Assembly (NCBI GenBank): GCA_947449315.1
Contig: CANFRC010000014.1
Span: 2,865 to 66,864, forward strand
Source: Bacteroidota bacterium
Lineage (GTDB): Bacteria > Bacteroidota > Bacteroidia > 2-12-FULL-35-15
Length of the DNA stretch: 64,000 nucleotides
Direction: 5' to 3'
Positions within the stretch are counted from its first letter, which is position 1; each line of letters begins with the position of its first letter. Below, piece by piece: positions 27,932 to 38,099 of the stretch. Made by a program: the position numbers and the translations under genes. Below the pieces are notes generated by a model that worked only from the letters and a program-made list of their open reading frames with translations, was not told the DNA's origin and searched no databases.

Positions 27932-30900
27932 TTGAACCTATTTTCCTCTACTATCTATAAAAAAACCAGTGTCTCATTGGTTGTCTTATTCATTATTTTT
28001 TCTAATAATGTATTAAGAGCACAATTTTATAGTGGTTCTCAAACTGACTTCGGGAAAAATCGTGTTAAATACGAAAGTTATTTCTGGACGTATTATGACT
28101 ATGACCGCTATAATGTTTATTTCTATGAGCAAGGAAAAGAGATAGCCAATTATGTTTCGAAATCGGCAAAAAAAGAAATGGAAAAAGTTGAAAAGCTTTT
28201 CGATTATTCTTTTGCTGAAAAATTAGACTTTATTATCTATAATAAACAGTCAGATTTCAAACAAAGTAATATAGGCCTTTCCACTCAAGAAGATTATAAT
28301 ACAGGGGGTGTTTCTCGAATTGTGGGAACAAAAATCATTTTGTATTACGAAGGGGATCACAATAAGTTGGATGCACAAATTCGTGCCGGCTTGGCGGAAG
28401 TAATCATCAATCAAATGATGTATGGGGGAAATGTAAGGGATGTAATCAAGAACAGTACGTTATTGAACTTGCCAGATTGGTATGTGAAAGGCCTTATTGA
28501 TTATGTTGCTAATGATTGGAATTCCGATATTGATAATCATGTGAAAGATGGTGTATTAAGCGGAAGGTATAAAAACATCAATCGTTTAGAAGGAATGGAT
28601 GCCATTTATGCTGGACACGCTATGTGGAAGCATGTGGCTGACAACTATGGTGAGGCGGTTATTTCCAATATTCTATATATGGCTAGGGTCAGCCGTAATA
28701 TTGATAATTCTACCTTGTTCGTATTAGGGATTTCTATGAAAAATTTATGGCAGGAATGTTATGAAGGATATCAAGGAAAATATATTCAAAACGATTCCAC
28801 ACTGTCCTTTCCGAAAGATATCCCCATCTTGAAAAAACCTAGGATTGCAAGGGTGTACCAGAATCTTAAAGTTAGCCCTGATGGGAATTATGTGTTGTAT
28901 ACAACGAATGAATTAGGTCAAAGCAAAATTTGGCTGTATGATGTTCAGAAAAAGAAATCAAACAGAATTTTAAAGATTGGTCAGAAGATTGATCGTATCA
29001 ACGATTATTCTTTCCCTTTGCTGGCGTGGCACCCAAGCGGAAAATTTTTCTCATATATTATTGAGCGTAAAAATTATTTAGTGTTAACCACATACGAGGT
29101 CGCTACCAAAGAGAAGACAGAACGTAACATTACCGGCTTTGAAAAGATCCTTGATTATTCCTATAATGATGATGGGAAAAAGTTTGTGATGTCAGCAGTT
29201 CAAAAAGGTCAAACGGATATTTATGTTTTTACTGCAGCCTCAAGTGCATACGATCAGATCACGAAAGATATTTATGATGACTTAACACCTCGTTTTGTTC
29301 ATGGCTCAAAAGAAATTGCATTTACTTCCAACAGACCTATCGATACTTTGTTTTATGATGCAAGAAGAAAAATGGAGCCTGCACAGCTTCACAAGGATCT
29401 GTTTGTGTTTGATAACGTGACCAAGTCAAGAGTGTTGAAACGTGTTACAAACACTCCCGGTGTTGATGAAACATACCCTTCTGATTTTGATAGTACTCAT
29501 ATTTCATATTTGAGTGATTTGAACGGTATTCGAAATCGCTATGTTGCTCGGTTTGATAGTGTCATTGCTTATGTTGATACTTCAGCACATTACCGAACAG
29601 TCGTTACCTCTTTCCCAATTACAAATTACTCTCGAAGTATTCTGGAGCAGGATGTAAATGTAAAGTCAAATAAATTTTCGGAGATCATTTTTCAAAACGG
29701 CCGATACAGACTGTTTGTTTCTCCATTGCTAACAAACATAGCAGCGGTGAAGTTGAAAAACACGTCCTACCGTGACTATAAAGACAGAATTGAAAAGAAA
29801 GAACAGTTAGAAGCAGATGAGCAAAATAAAATATTAAATGAGACTCCTGCAGTAAATGATATAAAAGCAATTGTTACTCCACCCGAAACAGTCAAAAAAG
29901 ATTCATCCCAGATTGATATCAATAATTATCAGTTTGAGAATGAATTGGGAAAATCAGCAAAAACACCTTCGGTTGAACAACCAAAAGTTCAAACAGATAC
30001 TGCTCTTTCAAAAAACAGAACAACAGAATTCACATCAGGTAAACAACGAAACTACAATAGAGCTTTCTCTGTAGATTATATAGTTTCTCAAATAGATAAT
30101 TCATTTTTAAACGCATCGTATCAAAAATTTTCGGGTGGTGGAAGTCCAATTTATTTGAACCCTGGAATTAATGCATTTTTCAAAGTTGGCGTTAGCGATC
30201 TGTTTGAAGATTTCAGGATAGTTGGTGGAGTTAGATTTTCAGGCGATTTTAATAGTAACGAATTTTTTATGAGTTATGAGGATCGGATGAAAAATGTTGA
30301 CAAACAAATTGTCTTGCACCGTCAATCGTTGTTAGATATTGTTGACAATTCTGCCATTGTTAAAATATACAGTCACGAAATAAAATATGTTTTAAAATAT
30401 CCTTTCAATGAGGTAGCTAGTCTTCGTGGATCTATCAATTACAGAAATGATAGAACCGTATATACTTCTACCGATATGAATAATTTGAAAAAGCCCAACG
30501 GTTATGAAAATTGGGTTTCAACGAAAGGAGAGTATGTGTTTGATAATACAATTAAAAAAGGATTGAATTTGTACAATGGAGCACGTGCAAAGGTGTTTGG
30601 TGAATACTATCGTCAGGTGGACAAACCAAAAACAGATTTCTTTGTTGTCGGATTTGATGCTCGATATTACAAAAAGATACATCGTGACCTCATCTGGGCA
30701 AACAGGATTGCTGCAAGCACCTCTTTCGGAAATAATAGATTGATTTATTATATGGGGGGTGTCGACAATTGGTTCAATGCGAAATTTGATAATACAACCA
30801 ACATAGCTAGCGATCAGCATTATGCGTATCAAACCCTTGCTACTAATATGAGAGGTTTCTATCAGAATGCAAGAAATGGAAATAGTTTTGTCGTTATCAA

Positions 30901-31246
30901 TAGTGAATTACGATTGCCAGTTTTTAAATATTTATTTAAACGACCGATTCGTTCCGATTTTATTCAGAATTTTCAAATCGTCGGGTTTGGTGATCTTGGA
31001 ACAGCATGGGCAGGAAGGTCACCGTACGATGAAAATAACTCGTTAAATACACGTGTCATTGGCAGCAGCATAACACCATTGGTTATTACGCTTAAATCTC
31101 AACATAATCCATTGATCGGGGGATATGGTTGGGGTGTTCGAAGTAGAGTGTTCGGATATTTTATTCGTATTGATAAAGCTTGGGGCGTGCAAGATGGAAT
31201 TATTTTGAAACCTGTTTGGTATCTTTCATTAAGTCTTGATTTCTAA
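27932..31246 (+). CDS. Large outer-membrane protein: signal peptide, unknown N-terminal domain, TolB-like WD40/PD40 beta-propeller, low-complexity linker, Omp85 (bacterial surface antigen)-type C-terminal beta-barrel
   Basis: 1104 aa. PD40-like repeats (YTTNELGQSKIWLYDV, PSGKFFSYIIERK, DGKKFVMSAVQKGQTDIYVF). C-terminal region with RGFYQNARNGNSFVVINSELRLPVF and the terminal ...YLSLSLDF aromatic end, typical of Omp85-family barrels. No POTRA-like repeats recognised. Confidence 0.5.
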   Translation: MNLFSSTIYKKTSVSLVVLFIIFSNNVLRAQFYSGSQTDFGKNRVKYESYFWTYYDYDRYNVYFYEQGKEIANYVSKSAKKEMEKVEKLFDYSFAEKLDFIIYNKQSDFKQSNIGLSTQEDYNTGGVSRIVGTKIILYYEGDHNKLDAQIRAGLAEVIINQMMYGGNVRDVIKNSTLLNLPDWYVKGLIDYVANDWNSDIDNHVKDGVLSGRYKNINRLEGMDAIYAGHAMWKHVADNYGEAVISNILYMARVSRNIDNSTLFVLGISMKNLWQECYEGYQGKYIQNDSTLSFPKDIPILKKPRIARVYQNLKVSPDGNYVLYTTNELGQSKIWLYDVQKKKSNRILKIGQKIDRINDYSFPLLAWHPSGKFFSYIIERKNYLVLTTYEVATKEKTERNITGFEKILDYSYNDDGKKFVMSAVQKGQTDIYVFTAASSAYDQITKDIYDDLTPRFVHGSKEIAFTSNRPIDTLFYDARRKMEPAQLHKDLFVFDNVTKSRVLKRVTNTPGVDETYPSDFDSTHISYLSDLNGIRNRYVARFDSVIAYVDTSAHYRTVVTSFPITNYSRSILEQDVNVKSNKFSEIIFQNGRYRLFVSPLLTNIAAVKLKNTSYRDYKDRIEKKEQLEADEQNKILNETPAVNDIKAIVTPPETVKKDSSQIDINNYQFENELGKSAKTPSVEQPKVQTDTALSKNRTTEFTSGKQRNYNRAFSVDYIVSQIDNSFLNASYQKFSGGGSPIYLNPGINAFFKVGVSDLFEDFRIVGGVRFSGDFNSNEFFMSYEDRMKNVDKQIVLHRQSLLDIVDNSAIVKIYSHEIKYVLKYPFNEVASLRGSINYRNDRTVYTSTDMNNLKKPNGYENWVSTKGEYVFDNTIKKGLNLYNGARAKVFGEYYRQVDKPKTDFFVVGFDARYYKKIHRDLIWANRIAASTSFGNNRLIYYMGGVDNWFNAKFDNTTNIASDQHYAYQTLATNMRGFYQNARNGNSFVVINSELRLPVFKYLFKRPIRSDFIQNFQIVGFGDLGTAWAGRSPYDENNSLNTRVIGSSITPLVITLKSQHNPLIGGYGWGVRSRVFGYFIRIDKAWGVQDGIILKPVWYLSLSLDF

Positions 31247-31271
31247 AAAATTGAAAAAAAAATATTCAAAT

Positions 31272-31634
31272 ATGACAACACTAATTATTCTGCTTTGTAT
31301 TGGATTGATGGCTGGTATGTTGAGTGGCTTAGTAGGTGTAGGTGGCGGAATTATTATTGTGCCTGCTCTTGTTTATTTTATGAGTATGAGCCAACATCAG
31401 GCCCAAGGTACGTCTTTAGCTGTATTGCTTTTACCTGTGGGAATATTTGCAGTATATAATTATTACAAGGCAGGCTATGTGGATGTTCAAATGACATTAA
31501 TTATAGCTTCCACTTTTATAGTAGGCGGTTTTATTGGATCAAAGATTGCTATTTCAATTGATCAAAATCTTATCAAAAAAATATTTGGTATGTTCCTATT
31601 GTTGGTTGCATTAAAAATGATCATCGGTAAATAA
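31272..31634 (+). CDS. Half-size TSUP (TauE/SafE, DUF81) family membrane protein, single 4-TM unit
   Basis: About 120 aa from MTTLIILL. GLVGVGGGIIIVPALVYFM is the hallmark TSUP motif. Only one 4-TM repeat is present (full-length TSUPs have two). Confidence 0.5.
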   Translation: MTTLIILLCIGLMAGMLSGLVGVGGGIIIVPALVYFMSMSQHQAQGTSLAVLLLPVGIFAVYNYYKAGYVDVQMTLIIASTFIVGGFIGSKIAISIDQNLIKKIFGMFLLLVALKMIIGK

Positions 31635-31635
31635 T

Positions 31636-32829
31636 ATGTCGGAATTAAAATTCAAGATCCAAAGTCTTTCAAAGCACTACCTCTCCGAAACAATTTCTAT
31701 TCGCAGACATCTGCATGCTCATCCAGAATTATCTTTTGAGGAATTTAAAACTTCCGACTTCATAGCTTCCAAATTAAAAGAATATGGAATTCCTTTTAAA
31801 CAAGGAATGGTGAAGACAGGCATTGTAGCATTGATCGAAGGAAAGAATCCATCAAAAAAAATAATTGCTTTACGCGCCGATCTAGATGCTTTGCCAATCT
31901 TCGAATCCACTACTTGTGACTATAAATCAACAAATGTAGGTGTGATGCATGCATGCGGACACGATGTTCATAGTGCTTCACTTTTGGGTGCTGCAAAAAT
32001 TTTGAATGAATTAAAAGATGAATTTGAAGGAACTATAAAATTGATTTTTCAACCTGGTGAGGAAAAATTACCTGGTGGAGCTTCCTTGATGATCAAAGAA
32101 GGCGTATTGAAAGATCCAACGCCTCAACGTATTTTTGCGCAACACGTTTTTCCAAGTATGGAAGTTGGTAAAGTAGGCTTCCGAAAAGGCATGTATATGG
32201 CTAGTACCGATGAGATCTATGTTACGGTAAAAGGCAAAGGTGGCCATGCCGCAATGCCTGCTGATTATAATAGTCCGCTTTTAATTGCTTCCCAAATTTT
32301 GTTAGAGTTGAATAACGCATTTATGCTTTCGGAGCAACAAGCACCCACTGTGCTTGCTTTTGGCAAGATTACTGGAAATGGCGCAACAAATGTCATTCCG
32401 GATGAAGTGAAACTGGAAGGTACATTTCGCACCATGAATGAATCATGGAGAGCAGAAGCCCATGTCAAAATGAGAGCAATGGCGGAAGACATTGCCAAAA
32501 AAATGGGAGGTGTATGTGATTTTGTTATTGAAAATGGGTATCCGTTTTTAGTAAATGACGAACAAGTAACAGGGAATGCTTGGAAAGCAGCAGAAGACTA
32601 TCTAGGAAAAGAAAATGTGGAAGAGCTTCCATTAAGGATGACAGCGGAAGACTTTTCATTTTATTCACAACAGGTGCCGGCATGTTTTTATCGTTTAGGT
32701 TCAGGAAATAAAGCAAAGGGGATTATTTCAGGAGTTCATACATCTTCATTTGATATTGATGAACAAGCCTTGGAGATTGGCGCTGGACTGATGGCTTGGT
32801 TAGCTTTGAATGAATTGAAAATCAACTAA
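31636..32829 (+). CDS. M20-family amidohydrolase (N-acyl-amino-acid amidohydrolase / hippuricase-like)
   Basis: 397 aa. HACGHDVH metal-binding motif, GEE, and a dimerisation-domain pattern typical of M20D/ILR1-like amidohydrolases. Confidence 0.8.
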   Translation: MSELKFKIQSLSKHYLSETISIRRHLHAHPELSFEEFKTSDFIASKLKEYGIPFKQGMVKTGIVALIEGKNPSKKIIALRADLDALPIFESTTCDYKSTNVGVMHACGHDVHSASLLGAAKILNELKDEFEGTIKLIFQPGEEKLPGGASLMIKEGVLKDPTPQRIFAQHVFPSMEVGKVGFRKGMYMASTDEIYVTVKGKGGHAAMPADYNSPLLIASQILLELNNAFMLSEQQAPTVLAFGKITGNGATNVIPDEVKLEGTFRTMNESWRAEAHVKMRAMAEDIAKKMGGVCDFVIENGYPFLVNDEQVTGNAWKAAEDYLGKENVEELPLRMTAEDFSFYSQQVPACFYRLGSGNKAKGIISGVHTSSFDIDEQALEIGAGLMAWLALNELKIN

Positions 32830-32935
32830 AATACAAAAACAGCAACCAATTTCTTTTCATTGGAATTGTTTTATGACACTAACCGTCTATAAAAATATCC
32901 TGAAGGCCCTCGATTAGTTTGTTCATGAAACACAA

Positions 32936-32956
32936 CGGCTATGCACAGAATAGCCG
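32936..32956. terminator. Bidirectional hairpin between convergent genes (CGGCTAT-gcacaga-ATAGCCG)
   Basis: 7-bp perfect stem seen directly, T-rich on both flanks. Lies between the amidohydrolase stop (32829) and the minus-strand cargo gene stop (33005). Confidence 0.45.
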
Positions 32957-33004
32957 ATTATTTTCTGTTAATCGTGCGGATGCTTTTTTATTTTAAGCAA
33001 TCAT

Positions 33005-34348
33005 TTATCTCGCGATAATAATGTTTTTATGCATGCTTCCGTTTTCAGAAGTAAATCGAACAATATAACTTCCGTTTGAAATATTACTCACATTAATTGC
33101 TTCTTGCGATACATTTTTAAACGATCTAGTTATGAGAGTTCTTCCTGTAATATCAATAATATCAATGGTTATATCGGTAGAAATATTTCCTAATGTAAAA
33201 TTCAGAAAATCGTTTGCAGGATTTGGTCCTACAGAAAGATTAGAAAATGCATGTTCATTAATTCCTGTAAATGCAACAGTGCCGACATTAGAGAGACTTT
33301 TAGCAGCCATCATTCGGGAAGGATGACATGCGCTCGGAGGGAAAACAGCTACAGCATAATAATTCATTCCCGCTAATGCAGCAATATCTGTATAAGAATT
33401 AAATGATGCAGAAATAGAATCATACATCATCAATGTGGATGGGGATGTTCCACGGTAAATAAAATAGGTTCCATAACTAAATCCAACATAATTGTTCCAA
33501 GCTAATTGAGGATAGCCGCTGCTGGAGCTGATAGAAGTAAGTAAGTGTATGGTTTCATGATGGAAGCCGTAGGTGTATATTCCCGAACCGCAGGTATCAG
33601 TAGTCCCTATTCTGTATGCAAATGATTGGATCATCGGGTTTGACACTACATCTTCGTAGGCGGAAGTATCTGTATTAAGCAAGGTTGCAATTGTGCTATA
33701 TACTCCCATGGTGGTTGTTTCTTTCTGAATTATATACGGTCCTGTGTAGGTAGTGTCTTTGTTCCAGATAATGATATTGTGATTTAATATTGGGTCAGTC
33801 GTAACCTGACATATTTGTTGAGCGGGCGTTGTTCCAGTGCAACCATAAACTGTAGAGTCGCATGCTGTACCGGGCCCAACTGAAATATTCTGCGTCAGTG
33901 TAAACATTCCCGCAAGCCCAGAATAATTGGTAACCATTATCTTGTAATATTCGCCTGTAAGTGTGCCGGGGATTGTAAACGATTCTGAAGACGAAATAGT
34001 TGTGGAGCAATCTACTATTTGTCCAGCCGTTAATCCACAGTCAGTGGCGGCGGTTAAAGGTCCCCATACAATAAAATCAACATCGTTGGAGGAAGTTGTT
34101 GTTGTTAGTGTCAAATTAATATTTCCACTAGTACAAACTCCTAAATAGATCCATGTTGCATTATTAATGCCTGTGAGGCAACCGTAATTATTGGAAAGGT
34201 CTGTATTAGGTATTCCGATAACAGCACTAGATGTAAAGGCAGTTCCGGTAGTAAATGGATATGGTGTAGAGCAGGTGTTTTGAGCGAAGCTTTCAACACC
34301 AAAGAAAGCAATGAATAACATTAATAGTGAGTAGTATTTTTTTTTCAT
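33005..34348 (-). CDS. Secreted Thr/Ser-rich protein with T9SS C-terminal sorting domain
   Basis: Signal peptide from internal Met (MKKKYYSLLMLFIAFFGVESFAQ). The C-terminal ~80 aa (GPNPANDFLNFTL...GRTLITR....NGSYIVRFTSENGSMHKNIIIAR) fit the Por-secretion CTD (type A) pattern. Function of the body is unknown. Confidence 0.65.
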   Translation of the reverse strand: MKKKYYSLLMLFIAFFGVESFAQNTCSTPYPFTTGTAFTSSAVIGIPNTDLSNNYGCLTGINNATWIYLGVCTSGNINLTLTTTTSSNDVDFIVWGPLTAATDCGLTAGQIVDCSTTISSSESFTIPGTLTGEYYKIMVTNYSGLAGMFTLTQNISVGPGTACDSTVYGCTGTTPAQQICQVTTDPILNHNIIIWNKDTTYTGPYIIQKETTTMGVYSTIATLLNTDTSAYEDVVSNPMIQSFAYRIGTTDTCGSGIYTYGFHHETIHLLTSISSSSGYPQLAWNNYVGFSYGTYFIYRGTSPSTLMMYDSISASFNSYTDIAALAGMNYYAVAVFPPSACHPSRMMAAKSLSNVGTVAFTGINEHAFSNLSVGPNPANDFLNFTLGNISTDITIDIIDITGRTLITRSFKNVSQEAINVSNISNGSYIVRFTSENGSMHKNIIIAR

Positions 34349-34481
34349 GTGCTTTAAATTGTATAAACAGTTTTTTCCAACTAATGGATGATATTTAAAG
34401 ATAAAAGGTTGCATAGTTAGTACATAAAAAAAGCCTTGCTGCTATTACACAACAAAGCATTTTTTTTCAATAACAAAAAAA

Positions 34482-36692
34482 TTAATTACCGAATTCACTC
34501 ATAAAACGAATACGCATCAAGCGAATTTCTTCTTCTGAATATTCATCTTCGCCTAATTCTTTCAAGGCATCGGCAATAGAATCGGAATTAGAGTCTTTGA
34601 AGTATTCCATCGCTTCTTCTTGTTTGTCTTCATCCAAAATATCATTGATATAATAACTGATATTTACTTTGGTGCCTGAGTGAACAATGCTTTCAATTTC
34701 CATAATAAGATCAGCCAAGCTTAATCCTTTTGCTTTCGCTACATCTTCCAAAGGCAGCTTTCTGTCAATGTTTTGGATGATATATACTTTCAAGCCCGAT
34801 TTATTTACAATTGATTTTACAACCATATCCAATGGTCGCTCGATCTCATTTTCCTCTACATATTTTGATATAAGGTCAAGAAAAGGTTTTCCGAACTTCT
34901 GTGCTTTCCCTTGTCCAACACCTGTTATATTTACCAGTTCTTCCATTTTAATTGGATACTGAATAGCCATTTCTTCCAATGAAACTTCCTGGAAAATTAC
35001 ATAGGGTGGTAATTTTAATTTGTTGGCAGTTTGTTTTAGAAGGTCTTTTAACGCTGCGAACAGCGCCTCATCAGCACCTGAACCAGCTTTTCCTCCACCA
35101 GATCCACCTTCTTCATCATCACTTTCTGTTCCTTCATAGTCGTGGTCTTTGGTTACCATCATGCTATAAGGTTTATCTAAAAACTTTTCTCCCTCTTTGG
35201 TTACTTTTAATAATCCGTAGTTCTCCACATCTTTAGATAATAATCCCGATACTAACGCTTGGCGGAAAATAGCATTCCAGTATTTTTCATTTTTATTATC
35301 TTCAAGACCTTTTCCAAAACATTCTAAATCATTGTGCTTGTATGATTTTACAGTTGATGTAATATTTCCTAATAAAACATTGATCACATCTTTTGTTTTG
35401 AATTTTTCTTTTACATCTGTCACCGCTTCAATTGCTAAAGCGATATCGTCCATGCCGTCAAACTTTTGTTTTGGGTTGCGGCAGCTGTCACACATGCCAT
35501 TACATCCTACTTCATCAAACTCTTCCCCGAAATAATGTAATAAGAATTTTCTTCTACAGCTAGATGTTTCAGCATAGGATACTGTCTCGGTTAAAAGTTG
35601 TTTACCTATTTCTTGTTCAGCAACAGGCTTTCCTTTCATGAATTTTTCCAGTTTCACAATATCGTCATGGCTGTAAAAAGTAACACAGTTGCCTTCGCCA
35701 CCATCTCGTCCACCTCGTCCGGTTTCTTGATAATACCCTTCCAATGATTTAGGGATGTCATGATGAATCACAAAACGAACATCCGGTTTGTCGATACCCA
35801 TACCAAAAGCAATAGTTGCAACAATGACATCAATATCTTCCATAAGGAAAGCGTCTTGTGTTTTTGCGCGTTCTTTTGCTTCAAGGCCTGCGTGATAGGG
35901 TAATGCTTTTATTCCATTTACCTGCAATGTCTCCGCAAGCTCTTCTACTTTCTTGCGACTTAAACAATAAACAATTCCGGATTTGCCTTGCTGACTTTTT
36001 ACGTATTTGATAATTTCTTTGATCACATTTACTTTCGGACGAACTTCATAGTATAAGTTAGATCGATTAAATGATGACTTATATAAATTGGCATCACTCA
36101 TGCCTAAATTTTTCTGAATATCCTGTTGCACCTTAGGTGTTGCAGTTGCTGTTAGTGCAATGATTGGCACTTTCCCTATTTGTTCTATGATCGGTCGTAA
36201 TCTTCTGTATTCTGGGCGAAAGTCATGCCCCCATTCAGAGATACAATGCGCCTCGTCAATTGCAAAAAAGGAAATTTTTATTTCGTTGAAAAAGGCGATG
36301 TTATCTTCTTTCGTTAAACTTTCTGGAGCAACATATAGGAGTTTTGTTTTTCCGTCGGTAATATCTTTTTTAACTTTTGTGATTTCAGCTTTTGATAAGG
36401 AAGAATTTAAGAAATGTGCAATGCCTTCTTCATTCCCAAAGTTACGTAAAGCATCCACCTGGTTTTTCATTAAAGCAATAAGTGGAGAAATGATAATAGC
36501 GGTGCCTTCACTCACTAATGCGGGAAGCTGGTAGCATAAAGATTTCCCACCACCGGTAGGCATAATAACAAAAGTGTCTTTGCCATCAAGCAAACTTGTA
36601 ATAATAGCTTCTTGTTGTCCTTTAAATTTTTTGAATCCAAAATATTTCTGTAAGCATTCGTGAAGGGATGTTTCTACATCGAGCATTTTCAA
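34482..36692 (-). CDS. recQ: ATP-dependent DNA helicase RecQ
   Basis: 736 aa. Walker A ([16 protein letters not shown]), DEAH box ([20 protein letters not shown]), a Zn-binding Cys cluster, and a long C-terminal region consistent with HRDC domains. Confidence 0.9.
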   Translation of the reverse strand: MKMLDVETSLHECLQKYFGFKKFKGQQEAIITSLLDGKDTFVIMPTGGGKSLCYQLPALVSEGTAIIISPLIALMKNQVDALRNFGNEEGIAHFLNSSLSKAEITKVKKDITDGKTKLLYVAPESLTKEDNIAFFNEIKISFFAIDEAHCISEWGHDFRPEYRRLRPIIEQIGKVPIIALTATATPKVQQDIQKNLGMSDANLYKSSFNRSNLYYEVRPKVNVIKEIIKYVKSQQGKSGIVYCLSRKKVEELAETLQVNGIKALPYHAGLEAKERAKTQDAFLMEDIDVIVATIAFGMGIDKPDVRFVIHHDIPKSLEGYYQETGRGGRDGGEGNCVTFYSHDDIVKLEKFMKGKPVAEQEIGKQLLTETVSYAETSSCRRKFLLHYFGEEFDEVGCNGMCDSCRNPKQKFDGMDDIALAIEAVTDVKEKFKTKDVINVLLGNITSTVKSYKHNDLECFGKGLEDNKNEKYWNAIFRQALVSGLLSKDVENYGLLKVTKEGEKFLDKPYSMMVTKDHDYEGTESDDEEGGSGGGKAGSGADEALFAALKDLLKQTANKLKLPPYVIFQEVSLEEMAIQYPIKMEELVNITGVGQGKAQKFGKPFLDLISKYVEENEIERPLDMVVKSIVNKSGLKVYIIQNIDRKLPLEDVAKAKGLSLADLIMEIESIVHSGTKVNISYYINDILDEDKQEEAMEYFKDSNSDSIADALKELGEDEYSEEEIRLMRIRFMSEFGN

Positions 36693-36994
36693 AATCTGTC
36701 TTTTAAAATTAATTATTGTGTAATGATTTATTTGTTGAAATAAACTAATTTTGTACCATTATAGAAGCGATAGTAGAAAGCTGTTCATTTTTTTATTCTT
36801 AATGTAAATATATAATAAAAAATTGTTACTCCGGCAAACAGTTATCTACTTTATTTTAATTAGTCTACCAAGTGAATAATTCTATCGATTAAATAATCAT
36901 ACGAGCTAAAGCTGTCTAAAATATTGAGCTAGGCCCGATTCAAAATATGTCAAATCAGATAGTTTTTTAATAACAGAAAAAGGGAAATAATCGT

Positions 36995-37711
36995 ATGTCA
37001 AAAATTGCCGCTATAGTTCCAGCATACAATGAAGAGAAAGCAATTGCTTCTGTCGTAAATGAGATTAATGCTGTTGCTCAGTCATTGAAAATAGATATTA
37101 CTGTTGTTGTTGTAAATGATTGTTCTAAGGATTCGACTTCTCTCATTGTCGGGAAATTGAATTGTGTGCTCTTGGATCTCCCTATTAATTTGGGAATTGG
37201 GGGGGCTGTTCAAACTGGCTTTAAATATGCTTTTGAAAATGGGTTTGATTATGCAATTCAAATTGACGGTGATGGACAACATCCTGCATCTGAAATCCCC
37301 GAATTGTTAAATGCAATGAAAGAAAACAATTACGATGTTGTTATCGGCTCCAGATTCATTTCGAAAGAAGGGTTTCAATCTTCTGCTATTAGAAGGGTAG
37401 GGATAAATTATTTTAAGTGGTTGAATCGTTTTTTAGTTGGCGTGACAATTAATGACAGCACATCAGGTTTTCGCATCCTTAATAAAAAAACGTTGGAAAT
37501 TGTATCTGATATTTACCCTGATGAATATCCGGAGCCGGAAGCCATCATTTTATATTCGCTAAATAATTTAAAAATTGGGGAAGTTTCTGTGACAATGAAA
37601 GAAAGGCAGGGAGGAGTTTCTTCTATCGGAAGAGCATCATCTATTTATTATATGTTTAAAGTATCCTTGGCAATTATTTATACCTTTATAAGAATCAAAT
37701 TCAAAAAATAA
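36995..37711 (+). CDS. GT2 glycosyltransferase, polyprenol-phosphate sugar synthase-like (DPM1/GtrB-like), soluble catalytic domain only
   Basis: 238 aa. AIVPAYNEE and VVVVNDCSKDST with a DxD-like motif (QIDGDGQH), typical of Dpm1/GtrB-type GT2 enzymes. No C-terminal TM helices. Confidence 0.75.
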   Translation: MSKIAAIVPAYNEEKAIASVVNEINAVAQSLKIDITVVVVNDCSKDSTSLIVGKLNCVLLDLPINLGIGGAVQTGFKYAFENGFDYAIQIDGDGQHPASEIPELLNAMKENNYDVVIGSRFISKEGFQSSAIRRVGINYFKWLNRFLVGVTINDSTSGFRILNKKTLEIVSDIYPDEYPEPEAIILYSLNNLKIGEVSVTMKERQGGVSSIGRASSIYYMFKVSLAIIYTFIRIKFKK

Positions 37712-37715
37712 TATC

Positions 37716-38051
37716 ATGTTCAGAATTCAAGCCATAGCCATAGTAACAAGCATTTTATTTTTGCTTTACATCGTAAGATTAATAATAAAAGGGAAACTCC
37801 GCGAGGAATATTCCATCGTTTGGATTATTTGTACGGGTGTATTAATTCTTTTTTCTTTTTGGAGAGTTGGATTGGACGTCGTGTCTGAATTAGTGGGTGT
37901 GTATTCGCCACCCAACATGGTTTTTATTGCAGCAATTTTTGCTATATTTATTTACTTGCTTCATTTGAGTGTGGTGATTTCAAAATTACAATCACAAAAT
38001 AAACAAATGGCGCAGCATATTGCCTTACTTAAAGAGCAGATTGGGAAGTAA
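37716..38051 (+). CDS. DUF2304-like small membrane protein, the usual partner of DPM1-like GT2
   Basis: 111 aa. Three hydrophobic helices and a C-terminal amphipathic coil. Immediately downstream (4-nt gap) of the GT2, as is usual for DUF2304. Confidence 0.5.
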   Translation: MFRIQAIAIVTSILFLLYIVRLIIKGKLREEYSIVWIICTGVLILFSFWRVGLDVVSELVGVYSPPNMVFIAAIFAIFIYLLHLSVVISKLQSQNKQMAQHIALLKEQIGK

Positions 38052-38099
38052 TTTTTTTGAACGTCATTCATTGTTCTGGCAAAGAATCACGATTCATAA

